In this document: piece after piece, positions 1-17,230 of the stretch | Layout: each line of letters starts with the position of its first letter | Numbering within the stretch: position 1 is the first letter of the stretch | Source: the human T2T-CHM13v2.0 reference genome, Homo sapiens | Assembly: GCF_009914755.1 (NCBI RefSeq) | Contig: NC_060925.1 | Reading direction: 5' to 3' (one strand) | Length of the DNA: 64,000 nucleotides | Translations under genes and position numbers: made by a program | Notes under the pieces: model-generated | Told to the model about the DNA's origin: nothing | Database searches by the model: none | Seen by the model: only the letters and a program-made list of their open reading frames with translations

Positions 1-461
<461 letters not shown>

Positions 462-488
462 TATAGGAAAATATTTCATTAAGAAGCT

Positions 489-786
489 GGCCGGGCATGG
501 TGGCTCACGCCTGTAATGCCAGCACTTTGGGAGGCCGAGGAAGGCGGACTACCTGAGGTCAAGAGTTCGAGACCATCCTGGCCAATATGGCGAAACCTCG
601 TCTCTACTAAAAATATAAAAATTAGCTGGGCGTGGTGGCGGATGCCTGTAATCCCAGCTACTCAGGAGGCTGAAGCAGGAGAATCGCTTGAACCCAGGAG
701 GCGGAGGTTGCAGTGAGCCAAGATGTGCCATTGCACTCCAGCCTGGGCAACAGAGTGAGACTCCGTCTCAGGAAAAAAAAAAAAAA
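489..786 (+). mobile_element. Alu (AluS-like), antisense within the C1orf210 3'UTR
   Basis: full dimer, poly-A, TSD-like GAAGCT. Confidence 0.95.
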
Positions 787-1291
787 GGAAGCTTGGCACT
801 GGTTTTCACCTGCACAAATGTTACCATCTGGGCATATTTGAAATGCTGGCAGGTAGGCAGGCCATCACAGTCATAGAGGATTTAGGAGAAGAGTAGCGTA
901 GGCAGGGGGACCAATGTGAGCAAAGGTGCCTGGGGAAACTGCATGGGAAGTGGTGGGAGGGAGAATAGCATTGATTTCGACAGTAAAGTAGGGGAAGGCA
1001 AGAAAAGAAACCAAGAGGCCGAGAGGCATGATCACAGAGGGCCTTATGTCCACACTCAAGCCTTTGTTTGGCTTTATCCTGAGAACAGCAGGGAACAGTT
1101 GAGAGTTATTGAGCAAGAGAGGGTCATTGTCACTTTGCTGGCTAGTGTCAGGGAAGTGGGGTTTACTCCATCCCTGGCCAACCTTTAAGCCCCAGCCACC
1201 TCTGTCCCTGAGGTTCAAGGCCCCCATGTCATAACCACTGTCCTTAAGCTGTCAGGCATGGAGGGAGTGGGGAGGGTCTAAAGATGGGAGC

Positions 1292-1758
<467 letters not shown>

Positions 1759-1777
<19 letters not shown>

Positions 1778-1875
1778 GGAGGGGCCTGATGACACCAGTG
1801 AGTCTCAGCCTCAACCAGAAAGAGCCCTGGCTCTGAGGAGGCCCCCAGATGCCAGGCAGCCCCAGGGCACAAGTC
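1759..1875 (-). other. C1orf210: C1orf210 exon containing the start codon (5'UTR part plus 19 coding nt)
   Basis: minus-strand acceptor TTATTTTCTAG ending at 1876; donor at 1758. Confidence 0.75.
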
Positions 1876-2089
1876 CTAGAAAATAACATAGGTATGGGTG
1901 TCAGGGATGGTCACAGGGTGCACTTTCCAGGTCACACTCACAGCCATGGTAGCCCTGCACAAACTCTGGGGACTGGACAACTGACCACACCAGCTCTCCA
2001 CAGAAGAGAAACAAGCTGAGCCTACAGAAACTGGCTATTTGTAAGGGACCATCACAGGGTTTGGCTCTGGAAGCTGCTAAAAAAAAAAT

Positions 2090-2275
2090 AAATTGTAGAA
2101 CTTACTGAGCATTCCTTATAATTCAAGCACCAGGCATCATGCTCACAAAACCCAGTAAGGTAAGTATAAACATTATCCCCACTTTATAGATGAGGGCTCT
2201 GAGGCTGAAAAAGGTGAACTGACTCAACTAAAGTCTTCAGATTCGAACCCAGAGCCCAGTCTGTTGCACTGCTTG
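2090..2275 (-). mobile_element. MIR
   Basis: attatccccactttatagatgagg...gattcgaacccag MIR core. Confidence 0.65.
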
Positions 2276-2559
2276 GTAAGCTGAGGATGGGAGACAGGGG
2301 CAGAGGTGGGTCCTGGCTCCCGAAGGTCAGAAAACAGCAATTGCTTGGAGCTACCCAGCCAAAGCGGAGACCACATATGGGGAGGGTGATGCAAGTTGCT
2401 ACTGAGGACAGGGGCCCTGGACACAGCCAGAGCAGCCCTGGCCCTTCTAAGTTGAAAGCCGCTGCTGCCCACCTCTACCCTCAGCCCTTCAAGCAAACCC
2501 CTGTCCTTTCACCTCTACTCAAAGGAGGCCCACACTCTGCCCCCACAGGGAGGCTCAAG

Positions 2560-2900
2560 CCAGGGAGTATCCAAATGAGGATCACCTGAATCAGGAAATT
2601 ATCACCCAGGGCTGGGGACACCTAGAGGAGGAACACTTCAATTAGGGGAGTAGCTGGAGGAAGATCATCCAGGCATGGAAACACCTGTAGGAGGAGCACC
2701 TGGATCAAAGGAGTGTCTGGAGGAGGCGCACCTGAATCTGGGGAGTATCTAGAGGAGGAGCATGAAAGTTAGAAGTACCTGGCAGACGAACAGCTAGGGC
2801 AGGAGCATATCTGCCAGTGGAGCACCTGAACCAGGGGAGTCCTTGGGGGCAGAGTAGCCGGGCTAGGGAAGTACTTAGGAGAGAAGTTGAGGGGAGTACC
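2560..2900. repeat. Degenerate ~32-bp tandem repeat
   Basis: recurring GGAGGAGCACCTGAATC.GGGGAGTATCT units. Confidence 0.6.
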
Positions 2901-4084
2901 CCAGTATATTCTTTGATACAAGTGCCTTCAAACCCCCCCCAACCTCCTCACATCCAACCTGGTATCAATCCCCATCATGTCTTCCACTAAACATCTCTGG
3001 AATGACAATACCCTCTTCTCCACCCCACTGCCACAGCTGAGTCCAAGCCACCTTCCTCTTGTACTCTAGCCATAATCTCCTAACTGGGCTCCCCACCTCT
3101 GGTCTCTTCCACAGAGTGATGGGCCTACAACCCAAATCTGACCCCATCACTAGCCTGGTTAAAATCCCTTCAAAAGCTCCCCATGCCCCACAGTGCCTTG
3201 CAATCCAGCACACGGCCCTCAAGCCAAACTCTTCTTCCTCTTCTCCACAGTTCCCTCCCCAGCACTTCAGACAGACACACATGCCCTCCTCCCACTCACC
3301 CACCCTCCTGCTCCCTGGCCACGCCCTCCTCAGTTTTTGGGGCGCCAGTCTGTCAAGGCCAAATCAGACCATACCTGCCTGTGAGGTTGTCCCTGGACCT
3401 ACCCTGGGTGACCTGTCACCATCCTGCCCAGTCAACCACCAGTCAGAACCAGTCATTGCTAGGCGGGCAGCTCCCCGTGGGCAACGGCTGGCTGAAGGAT
3501 CTGTACCCTGGCGCTGCAGGGAGCTGGGCGTTCAGCCCCTCAGTGTGGTGCTTGTGAAATTAACGAGGGGAGCGTGAGAGTGAATATACAGGTGGGAGCG
3601 GGAGAGACGTCCTGGGAAGGAGAGGTCAGCTGCTCATTCATTCCTCAGCCTGCTGTGGGCCTCATCCTAGTACTAGGTCCGCAAAACATGAGAATGTGTT
3701 ACACTGGAATGAACTGAATTCAATTTGACGTTTCTAAGGTTGTATTCCTATTCCTTTCCTCCCTGCCCTGTGAATTCTTCCCAAGAAGACACACACACAC
3801 TAACCTTCCAAGGGTGCATATACACTCCCCAACAGGCCTCTGAACTCACAGCCCACACTGATCTGCCCATCCCCCATACGCACAGCCCCTCCCCCCAGGT
3901 CACACTTTCCTCCACCAACAAACACCCCTCTGACATGCACAGACACCTACCCCAACTCTGATGTGTAGCTTCCTTCCTGCTGCCAGAAGCCCCTTGGGTA
4001 CTGTGCAGAGCCTGGGTACCCCCTCCCCGGCCCCCCCGGGCCTTCTCTTCTGTTCCCACCTTCAAGAACTGTGCACAATCCGCG

Positions 4085-4425
4085 GAGTAAGCTTCCGGCT
4101 GGGGCCGGCAGAACCTGGACAGGTGGGCGGGTCAAGGCAGAGCTTGACTCACCTGCGGAGGCAGTGGGCGGGGCTGAAGCTGCAGGTCTGGCAGAGGGCG
4201 GGCTGCGGCAGCGCCTCCAGTGGGGAGGGATCATTCTACCTCTCCCCCAAGCTTTTGCCAAGAACTTTATGGGTGTAGACCTCACCCTCACCCCCCAATG
4301 CTTGCGGTTTGTACAGCTGGGATCCAGAGAAGCGTCCAGCGGGCCCTAGAGGGGCAGACACCTCAGCAGGCAGGTGCTCAGGTTGATAAACAACTGAACG
4401 TCCGGTGACTGGTACAAAGTCCAGA
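4085..4425 (-). promoter_or_regulatory. C1orf210: Probable C1orf210 promoter and non-coding first exon (candidate donor CAG|GTGAGT at 4152)
   Basis: local CpG/GC enrichment, GC boxes, consensus donor, HNF4/GATA/FOX/AP-1/E-box motifs; TSS not determinable from sequence. Confidence 0.6.
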
Positions 4426-5001
4426 GTTGAAGAGGGAGCTTTGCAGGCCTGTAAGGGTGGTGGGCTGGAACCAGAGCGGGTGGGGAGGGCATTCTTTCCA
4501 GGCAAAGCCAGGAGGACCAAGAACACTCCCAAATTGTCTACAAATGTGTGTGTAACTGTGTAGGGGGTGAGGGGTGGATCTGGATGGGGGCTCAGCCTTC
4601 ATCTGGATCTCAGGATCCCGTGACCCCACAAGCCAGGCTCTGAACCTCTCCCGGGTGCTCTCTGATTCCCTTTAGCTTTACTCCTCGTCTCTGGGCCTGG
4701 TGCCCCCTGTTCTTCAAGCTCCAGTTCAGGAATCACCTTCCCTGAGTCCTCCCTCTACCCTGCAAGTCCCCACTCTTCCATGCCCAGAGCACCCACTGTC
4801 GCAGCATTCCTCATTATCTTGTGATTATTCGCTCTCCTGGGGTGGGGCCAGGCTTTGACAGCCTGTGGCTCCCAGCACAGTACTGACCCAGGGCAGGCTC
4901 CCCGTAACTACCTAAGGGAGGAAGGACCGCACGCGCCAAGGCCTGGAGGCCCCGAATTCGCAAGGATAGGCCGGGCACAGTGGGAGCAAGGGCTGCAGAG
5001 A

Positions 5002-5294
5002 GGCCAAGTATGGTGGCTCACGCCTGTAATCCCAGCACTTTGGGAGGCCAAAGCGGGTTGATTGCTTGAGCCCATGAGCGGAGATCAGCCTGGGCAACAT
5101 AGGGAGACCCCATCTCTACTAGAAACACAAAAATTAGCTGGGCGTGGTAATGCTCACCTGTAGTCCTAGCTACTGGGGAAGCTGAGGGGGGAGGACTGCC
5201 TGAGCCCAGAAGTTTTAGGCTACAGTGAGCCATGATTGCGCCATCACACTCCAGCCTGGGCGACAGAGCAAGACCCTGTCTCAAAAAAATAAAA
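5002..5294 (+). mobile_element. Alu (AluJ-like)
   Basis: diverged Alu dimer. Confidence 0.9.
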
Positions 5295-5465
5295 GGGGGG
5301 TACAGAGAGGGGATGCAAACAAGGCATGGTAGAACTGTGGCTGGAAGGTGGGGGCCAGTTCACACTTGGCCCTGAAGATCTTAGGATGAAATCTGAACCC
5401 TCAGGGCCATCCCTTCCCACCTTTCCTGCCTCCTCTGCTGCAGCTACACCAAACTATTTTCTATT

Positions 5466-5771
5466 TTCTTTCTTTTTTTTTTTTTTTTTTTTGAGACAGA
5501 GTCACTGTGTCACCCAGGCTGGAGTACAGTGGTGCGATCTCAGCTCACTCCAACCTCCAGCCCCTGGGTTCAAGCGATTCTCCTCCCTCAGCCTCCTGAG
5601 TAGCTAGATTACAGGCATGTGCCACCACACCCAGCTAATTTTTGTATTCTTAGTAGAGACGGGTTTTCGCCATGTTGGCCAGGCTGGTCTCGAACTCCTG
5701 ACCTCAAGCAATCTGCCCGCCTTGGCCTCCCAAAGTGCTGGGATTACAGGCATGAGCCACTGCGCCCAGCC
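5466..5771 (-). mobile_element. Alu
   Basis: poly-T head; TSD CACCAAACT.TTTTCTATT. Confidence 0.95.
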
Positions 5772-6199
5772 ACCAAACTCTTTTCTATTCCCAGAACTCA
5801 CCATGCCCTCTCCTCTCCCTGGCTCTGCAGGCTCTGCTCCCTTCTCCTGGGACTCCTGCCTTCCCCACTCTCCACTGCACCCCTGCAGATGGTGGCCCTT
5901 CTCCCCTATATCCCTGAACATGTGGGGTGTGATTTTCTCTTTAGTTTCCCTGCCAACCTGTAAACTCTGGGAATGGACTCTGCATCTGTCTTGTTTCCAT
6001 CATATCCCCCATATCTAAAATGGCAAAAGTATACCCTTCTGAAACAAATTTGAGGAAAGAAAGGATTATCCTGGATGGGGCAATGAGGTGCCAAGGAGGG
6101 CTTAGGGTTTTACTTTATTTTTGAAGCAAGGAAATCATGAGATTCAACTGATATTCATTGAGCACCTAGCGTGTCCTAGACACTGTGCCAGGTTTTCTT

Positions 6200-6485
6200 A
6201 AATTAAGGTGCTCATATACCATAACCTAATTCATATAACATAAAATTCCCCATGTTAGCCATTTCCAGGCACACGATTCAGTAGTGTTTAGCACACTCAT
6301 AACGTCATGCAACCATCACTCTAGTTCTAAAACTTCTTCATCACCCCAAAGGGATACCCCTGACCAGTTAAGCAGTATTCCCCGTGTCCCTTTCCCCCTG
6401 GCCTCTCACGACCATTACTTTGCTTTCAGTCTCTATGGATTTGCCTGTTCTGGATATTTCATATAAATGGAATCATATTTGTGCC
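6200..6485 (-). mobile_element. L1MB-type 3' fragment
   Basis: ggatttgcctgttctggatatttcatataaatggaatcata, typical L1M 3'UTR in reverse. Confidence 0.75.
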
Positions 6486-8074
6486 AGCTTTTTAATGAAC
6501 TATTTCACTTAATCCTTGTAACCATGCTATGAGATAGATGTTAACTGTCCCCTTAACAGAAAAGGAAAATGAGGCTGTGAGAAGGTAATTGGTATGAAGT
6601 CCTGCAGAGGAAAACAAGCAGAGGGTCTGCTCATCCATCATTCAGTAATTTATTCAATGAATATTTTTTGAATGGCCACCAGAGTCACAGCCAGCCCATA
6701 TGTCACACATTGCTAAATAGCAGATGGCTATCTGCTGAATGGCCCCACGTCATGGAGAACAGAGGGCAGACTGGGTGTCAGCACCCGCGGCTCCTCAGCC
6801 AGGAGCTCTGATGCAGTGAACAACCTTTACAACCTTCTGTGGCAGCCCTGACAACCATGCAGAGGCTCTGTGCTAGCTTCTGGGACAATTTGTGCCGCCA
6901 TAAAGCTTCCATTCTGGTGGATAAGACGAACAATACACAAAGAAATAAATAAGATTATTTCAGATAACAGTAAATGTTGGGAAGAAAACAGCTTCATGAT
7001 AGCTCCATGTGAACTTGAGAGGTGGGTGCTACTTTAGATAGTCAGAAGAGGGGACTCACTGAAGAGGGCATGTTTGAGCTGAGATCTGGCTAAGAGTGAG
7101 ACAGTGATTGTGCCAATATCTGGGGGCAGAGCATTCTAGGCAAAGGGAACCGCCAGCACAAATGCTGAGATGCGGGAGCACGGCTGGCTTGTTCAGCTAC
7201 AACAAGGCGGCCGCTTGATGGAGTGCAGAAAGAGGGGTGCAGATCCAAGGGTCTACACCAGGTGCATATCAGGAGCTATTCCTGAGGGGCCTCACCGGAT
7301 CTCTCCGGGAGATGGGAAGCCACTGGGGGTTTGAGCAGAGGACTGCTGTTTGCATTGTAAAGGAAACTGTCTGTCTTCTGCATGAAGTACGGACCAGGGG
7401 AGGCCAGGGTAGAAGCAGGAGGCCAGTTAGGAGGCTGTTGCGATCATCTAGGGGAAAGGACATGTGGCAGCCAGGAAGTCTGGTGGAGGTGGGGACAAGT
7501 GCTCAGACTCCAGATATATTTTGAAGGCAAAGTTGACATGACTGGCTGATTAAATGTGGGGCTTGAGAAAAAGAAAGGATTCAAGAATAACTCCAAAGTT
7601 TTGGTCTGAGCAACTGGAAGACTGGAGCTGTCGTTTAATGAAGTGGGAGGAGTCTGGGAGGGAAGCTTTGGGAGGGAAACTAGGACTTCAGTTTTGGACA
7701 CGTAGGATGCCTGTGAGCTCTCCGGTAGCATCCTAAGTAGAGTGTAGCATCAAGTGGCCTGGATGCAACAGGCGGTGGGGACTAGAAACATACACTTAGG
7801 AACCAACAAAATGTAGATGATTTTCAAAGCCAGGCATCTGGATGAGATCCTCAAGGACAAGTATAGAGAGAGAAGAGCCCTGGGATGTGCCAGGAGTAGG
7901 GGTCAGGGTAGGGAGGAAAAGCAGGAAAGGAGACCAGGGAGGGGCCCACGTGGTAGGAGGCAAATACGGGGACCGTCCTGGCCAGGGAAGAAAGCATTTC
8001 AAGGGCAAGGGCTTAGCTAGCTTGGTTAGTCAAATGCTGCAGGAAGGTTTGTGAAGATAAGGAGTGAGAATTGA

Positions 8075-8763
<689 letters not shown>

Positions 8764-9688
8764 AAGAGCAGTTTTACGAGACAAGAGAGTGTTCTGGGGA
8801 CAACTGCCTGATTGGAGTGAAGCATAAGTATGGGACCAGAGGAAGTGGAGACCACACCTCCAAGGAGTTTTGCTATAAAAGGAGCAGAGACATGGGACTG
8901 ACACTGGAGAGGGGTGTGGGACTAAGGGAGGATTTTGCTTTAAGGGGAGGAGCTGTTAGACCATGTGTGTAATGCTGGCCAGAATAAGCCAAGAGAGACT
9001 GGAAATTGATGATGCAGAAGGAAGAGAAGGGACAAGGCAAGTGTGGAGTCCCTGAGGAATCGAGAGGGTGGGGTCAAGTGCACGGGGAGGGTTGGCCTTG
9101 GACAGGAGCAGCAGAGTCCCTCTGAGTCAAAGGAGGAAGGTGGCTTAGACAGGTAAAATGCACTAGGTCTGTGATGGGAGCCTTAGGAAGCTTTCCCCTG
9201 ATGGCTTCTGTTTTTCCCGAGAAATAAGAAGCAGTGTCCTTAGCTGAGTGAACAGCAGGAAGGGGGTGCTGAGGCTGAAGAAGAGAAGAGAAAAGAAGGT
9301 GTGAATTCATCACCCCAGAGCGTGGCAGAGAGAATGGGCCCAGGCGTGTAATGGGCTTGCCAGACAGCCTCAGGCCTCCTTTAAGGTAGATGGGCATGGT
9401 CAGTTAGGGTGTCTGAGTTTTTTCCTCTTCTAGTCCCTCCAAGTGCAGGTGGGGAGAAGATGGAAAGACGGGTTTCACCAAGATTAGGGATTTGCTGGGC
9501 AAATATGATAAAGCAAGAAGGGAGTGGGCAAGGGAGCTGAGCTGTAGGCAAGGGAGTGGTTGTAATGATGGCCCACAGTATCTGGTCAGGTTAAAGGGGG
9601 AAGTGGGTACAGAGGGGTGCAGAGAACCCAAAAAGGTGGTAGGATCGATGGATTTTAGGATGGGTTGCTGGTGTACTAGAGAGAGTGA

Positions 9689-10378
<690 letters not shown>

Positions 10379-11071
10379 TGCATGCAGTTGTTGACAAAGA
10401 CAAGTCCTAGGATATGAACGATGGAGTGGTCCCAAGGTGCAGTCTACAGACCAGTGATGGTTTTGCTCTTATCCAAAGCACACGATTAACTCAACCTTCA
10501 AAATCAGAGGTCTGTAGATAACGTCTGAAAAACTCTGTTAATCAGTGGCAGAGCCAGAATCCAAACTCGGGCTTCTGACTCTCAGTCCAGCACCTTTCCA
10601 GTGGCGCAGCAGCTAAGTTCCTCTGCTCCTATGAGTGAAACTGATCATCCAGGTGTTGGACTCCTCAAAATCTTTGGAGTGACACATCGCAATCACTTCC
10701 TTTAAAAAAAAATGTGATTATATTTCCTAAGAAAACTCAGGATGCTGCCACCAGAAGATCAGGGAATGGGTGCTGAGCAGGCAAAAAACCGAGGCGCCCT
10801 AGCCCCTCCCCACACCTGCTCCCTTCTGCATCAGACACAAGCCCTCCCTGCAGCAGATGGGACTTCTAGCCTGAGGGCCTTCGCCTTAGGGTAGCTGCAG
10901 AGCCCTTCTGAGAAGCTGATGAATGCAGGAAAATGCATGTGTGCACCCAATCACAGATATGCTCACAGGCCGGATGCTAATAAGATGCTCCACAAACACT
11001 TATTGGATGAATGAATGGTTAGAATTCCAGGCAACTCACTTGCTCGCTCCAGATTAAGAACTGGTGTTATG

Positions 11072-11549
<478 letters not shown>

Positions 11550-12753
11550 TTAGCCCCTTCTTGGGACTTAGGACTGTCCTTAGGGACACCACACTCTTCC
11601 TCCTTCATTCAAACTCCACCTTCCCAGAAGGCTGCCTTTCCCTATTCCTAGTCTGCCCTCCCTGACCTCCTAGACATGCCCTGGCATTGGAAGTCCCACT
11701 GAGGGCTGTGCTTGAAGCTTGGTGAAAACGAGCCCTCTGAGCCAGTTATCCCTAAGAAGTCACAGTTCCCTGAGTCAGCTCAAAGGATCTATCCTCAGTG
11801 GAGCTTCCCAGGAGACTGAGACTAAGGAATGTTTTGAGACACATCTTCTAAGGTTTCCTCACTTCTTCAGGAGGAGACCAGCCTATCCAGGGCCATGTAT
11901 GCCATGAAACCCTGAGGGCGAGAGCTCACCAATCCTCATGGGTCACCAACCACACCACCCTGAAACTCCAGTGTGATTATGTCATGGAGCTGCCACATGG
12001 GATCTAACCTCAGGTTCATGGGACAATTTCTTCCCAAGCCACCAGCTCCACCTCACTACATCTGACCTAGGAAGATAATTAGATATCACACATGCATGGT
12101 GTAACGATGGCAGTCTATGAATCCCCTTGGTTATTATCTCTGGGGTAGCCAGGTCTCGCAAGAACAGAGCTCAGCAGGCCTGCCAGGGACTACCACACCC
12201 TCTCCTGAGGATGTCGTGTCCATGCAGCTGGCCAGAGGCCGTAGACCCACTGGACAGAGCTGCCCCACCACGCTGCCCCTCCCAGCCCTGCCTGCCTGGG
12301 CCCCAGCAATACCAACGGTCATCTCTGCCACATTCTTGCTTTCTCATGGGGGCCCTGTTAGAAACGGGAAGGGAGGAAAGCTGGTGCCCACCTGAGACCC
12401 CCAGCTCTGAGACTCCAGGGGTGTTGGAGCAGTTCCCATAGAGAAATCCTCTGGGGGCAGGCACCACTTAAGTCTGTAGGAGAGGTCTCTCCCCAGGGGA
12501 GCAGGAAGCCCACACCTGTGTGCTGGTGCCATAGTTCACTCCAACTCCCCAGTGGGAGCCAGTGTCCCTGCCTTAGGGTGCGGGCAAGGGTGGAGCTGGC
12601 AAAGCACCAATATGCCTTCAGGGAGAAAGGGCTAGGGAAAGAGGAGTTGAGACACTGCCTTCAAGCCTTTCCTCATCATCCCTGTGTCACCACGAAATAA
12701 ATCATGCATCATGAGCACTAATGGACTTGTGTTGTCACTACCTCTTATCCTCA

Positions 12754-13095
<342 letters not shown>

Positions 13096-13507
13096 TCACT
13101 TGTGTCATGTGCTATTGGGTGTGCTATTCTTCTAGGATTTCAGAGTGACCTGAGGTAAAGCAAGGACCTGATGGAACTTAAAGGCAAGACATCCTTAAAA
13201 TTCATGCCTGCCCATCTCTCCTGGTCAGCCCTTGCCTTTTAAAGGGCACCACTCCATCATCACACAGCACAGAGTTGAGCTCATTGTTTTCCAGAATAAA
13301 ATTTCAGATGCATGCTGGATACAAAAGGATTGTTTTTCTTCAATCATTTTTAAGAGTTTGAAGGATGACATGCAGATGAAAGCAGCCTCCCTGGGTGTGC
13401 TGGCCTTCTTCCTGTCTAGGTAGTATAGTCTAACAGGCCTTGGGCATAGTTAAGCTCTCTGGCTGTGGATCAAACTGTCTGGGGTCAAAGCTGAACACCA
13501 TCACTTA

Positions 13508-13882
<375 letters not shown>

Positions 13883-14337
13883 TCAAAAGGCTGAGAGTCC
13901 ATGAGGTGTAGGCATCACCTTTTCCCGGCACCTGTAAACCTGTAGCAACTGTTAGCCATTATAATTGAGGTTTGTTGGTGTTCTAGCATAAGACTCTGCA
14001 TTGCTGGGTAAATTCCATTCTGACCAAAGTGGGTAAAAGTTTGTTATGCTTTACTAAGTACACTCTGAGCTTCTAACTGCCTGAACCCTATGTGGGTGTT
14101 GATTTCAGTTTCTGACCTCACAGGACTCCTCTGGGCCAAATGGCCTTTGTCAAGCAGTTTCTATAAAAGGGACTTCTTTCAGAGCCTTGTTGAATTAACT
14201 GGGGCTTCCTTTAAATAAGGGCTTGTTTTTAGAAGCTTTCTTTTTCCAACAAGGAAAAGAACACAATGGATTCCAAGTAATCTCCAGTCCTCATCACAGC
14301 TTGTCACAAACACCTGGCACGTCTTTTCTGACTAGAG

Positions 14338-14342
<5 letters not shown>

Positions 14343-14380
<38 letters not shown>
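14343..14380. repeat. (CA)n microsatellite, about 19 units
   Basis: pure AC run. Confidence 0.98.
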
Positions 14381-14383
<3 letters not shown>

Positions 14384-15028
14384 CTTCAGGGACACAGCCT
14401 CAGCCTGATGCTCCAAAAGCATTTACTGCAAACTTCCTCTCACTACAGAGTTATTTCCTGGAAGAACAACAAAAATTGTTTTTGAATTGACAATGTGGCT
14501 TTAGTTGCTGCTGAAGTTAAGTGAAAGTACCAACCATTGTTACTATTAACCTAAACAAAATCTTAAAAGAATTACTTTCTTTTTCTTTTCTTTTTTTTGG
14601 ACAACAACAAGAACAAGATATTTTTCCTTTCTTTGCTGATCAGTATGAAGAATGATTTATCAGTAAAGTCAATTTCAGGCAAAGGCAGAACTTAGGAATT
14701 GGGTTAAAGTGTTGCTTATTTCAACCAAAAGAAAACTTTCTAATTTGTTTGGGCAGCATTTACTTGGTTCTTCGAAAAGCAATTGTGACAAACAGTACAG
14801 AGAGTTAAGGCACTTATTGGCATATAAAAAGATGCCAGCATTTGGAGTTGCACATAACAAAGAAATATCTTAAATACTTTTCAAAATATTCTAGGAGCCA
14901 AGACACAAGGGCATGCTTCAGGAGAACACAGGAATGTAATTTGGGAGGAAAATTGCAACTACCCCTTCCCTTTAAAATCACTGAGCAAAACAAAGCAGCA
15001 TTCTACTTCACATACTGACTTTACATAG

Positions 15029-15702
<674 letters not shown>

Positions 15703-16081
15703 TAAATCAAATTCATAGACATTTTTAAGAGTCTGTCAAATGTTTCCACATGTATTTACATGTGGTCTAAAACCCTAAGGGCATTGTAAGAAGCCACACA
15801 AAAGACCCAAATGAATGTTCTAAGGGGCATAAAGCAGTTTGTTGTCTGAGCCACCTGTTAAGGGAAATGAGTGGAACTTGGAGAGTCAGGCTTTCCTGTC
15901 CCTCTTGATCGTGACGGTCACTTGGAGAACAGTGAGTCCAACCCGCTGGGGTGGCCACAGGGGATGGACCTTTACTAACATAAAAGAAAAATTTTTTAAA
16001 AATTCTTTGAATGGTTTCCAAATGAGCACTCCCTCCAAAGTGGAACTTAATACCACAACAGATATTCACCCTGTGCAAATA

Positions 16082-16404
16082 CAGGTTGAGCACCCCAATC
16101 CGAAAATGTGAAATCTGAAATGCTCCCAAATTTGAAACTTTTTGAACACTTTGTGATGCCACAGGTGAAAAATCCACACCTGACCTCATGTGATGGGTCA
16201 TATATATCATATGAAATATTGTTTAAAATTACCTTCAGGCTATGTGTATAAGGTATGCATGAAACATAAATGAATTCCATATTTAGACCTGGGTCTTATC
16301 CCCAAGATATTTCATTATGTATATGAAAATATCCCAAAATTCAGAAAACCTGAAATCTGAACACTTCTTGTCCCTAGCATTTTGGATAAGGGATACTCAA
16401 CCTG
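16082..16404. mobile_element. Tigger4/MER46-type (TcMar-Tigger) MITE
   Basis: TIRs CAGGTTGAGCA-CCC ... GGGATACTCAACCTG flanked by TA on both sides. Confidence 0.85.
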
Positions 16405-16429
16405 TACATGCAGTATGAATATATATTCC

Positions 16430-16910
16430 TATTTTTTTCTTTTTTAGGCAAACGCTAACATACAATATACACTTCTGTACCTTCTTTTTATCACTTACTA
16501 ATTAGTATGTCTTAGAGAGCTTTTAAAAACCAGTATATAGACTTGGAGAGTTTCTTCAACTAATTTCACAGCTGTTATATTTTACTGTATAGCTACATCA
16601 AAATTTATTTAACCATTTCCCCATTGATTGACACAGGAATTGGTCCTAATCTTCTGCCATTACATATAATGCTACAATGAATAACCATGACATTTTGTAC
16701 TGTGGGAGTATATCTGCAGGATAAATTCCCAAGAATGCAATTGTGAGTCAAGGATACGTGTGTTCATGAATTTGACAGATATTCCCAAGTTGCCCTCCAT
16801 CAGAATTACATCAACATGCCTATATAGAGCATGCCTATTTCCCCACAACCTTGCCAAGACAGTGTGTTATAAAACTCCCAGACTTCTGCCAAACTGATAG
16901 TGAGTATGCT
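16430..16910 (-). mobile_element. Old L1M fragment
   Basis: AT-rich L1M-like reverse sequence (tttatttaaccatttcccc...aatgctacaatgaata). Confidence 0.55.
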
Positions 16911-16922
16911 AGTGAGGAAGAG

Positions 16923-17230
16923 TTTTTTTATTTTTATTTTTATTTTTGAGAGGGAGTCTAGCTCTGTCACCCAGGCTGGAGTGCAGTGGGGCGATCTCGG
17001 CTCCACTGCAACTTCCACCTCCCGGGTTCAGGCGATTCTCTTACCTCAGCCTTCTGAGTAGCTGGGATTACAGGCACGTGCCACCACGCCCGGCTAATTT
17101 TTGTATTTTTGGTAGAGACGGGGTTTCACCACATTGGTCAGGCTGGTCTCGAACTCCTGGCCTCAAGTGATATGCCCGCCTCGGCCTCCCAAAGTGCTGG
17201 GATTACGGGTGTGAGCCACTGAGCTTGGCT
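16923..17230 (-). mobile_element. Alu
   Basis: Alu consensus. Confidence 0.95.

Noticed and set aside
11900-12700. GC-rich unique block with several overlapping ORFs
   Set aside because: No coherent splice signals or recognisable protein
13110-13425. Exon-like pieces (13136-13154; 13295-13419, NKISDACWIQ...)
   Set aside because: Weak or ambiguous donors and no recognisable homology; revisit only if the 17.9-18.7 kb relic proves real
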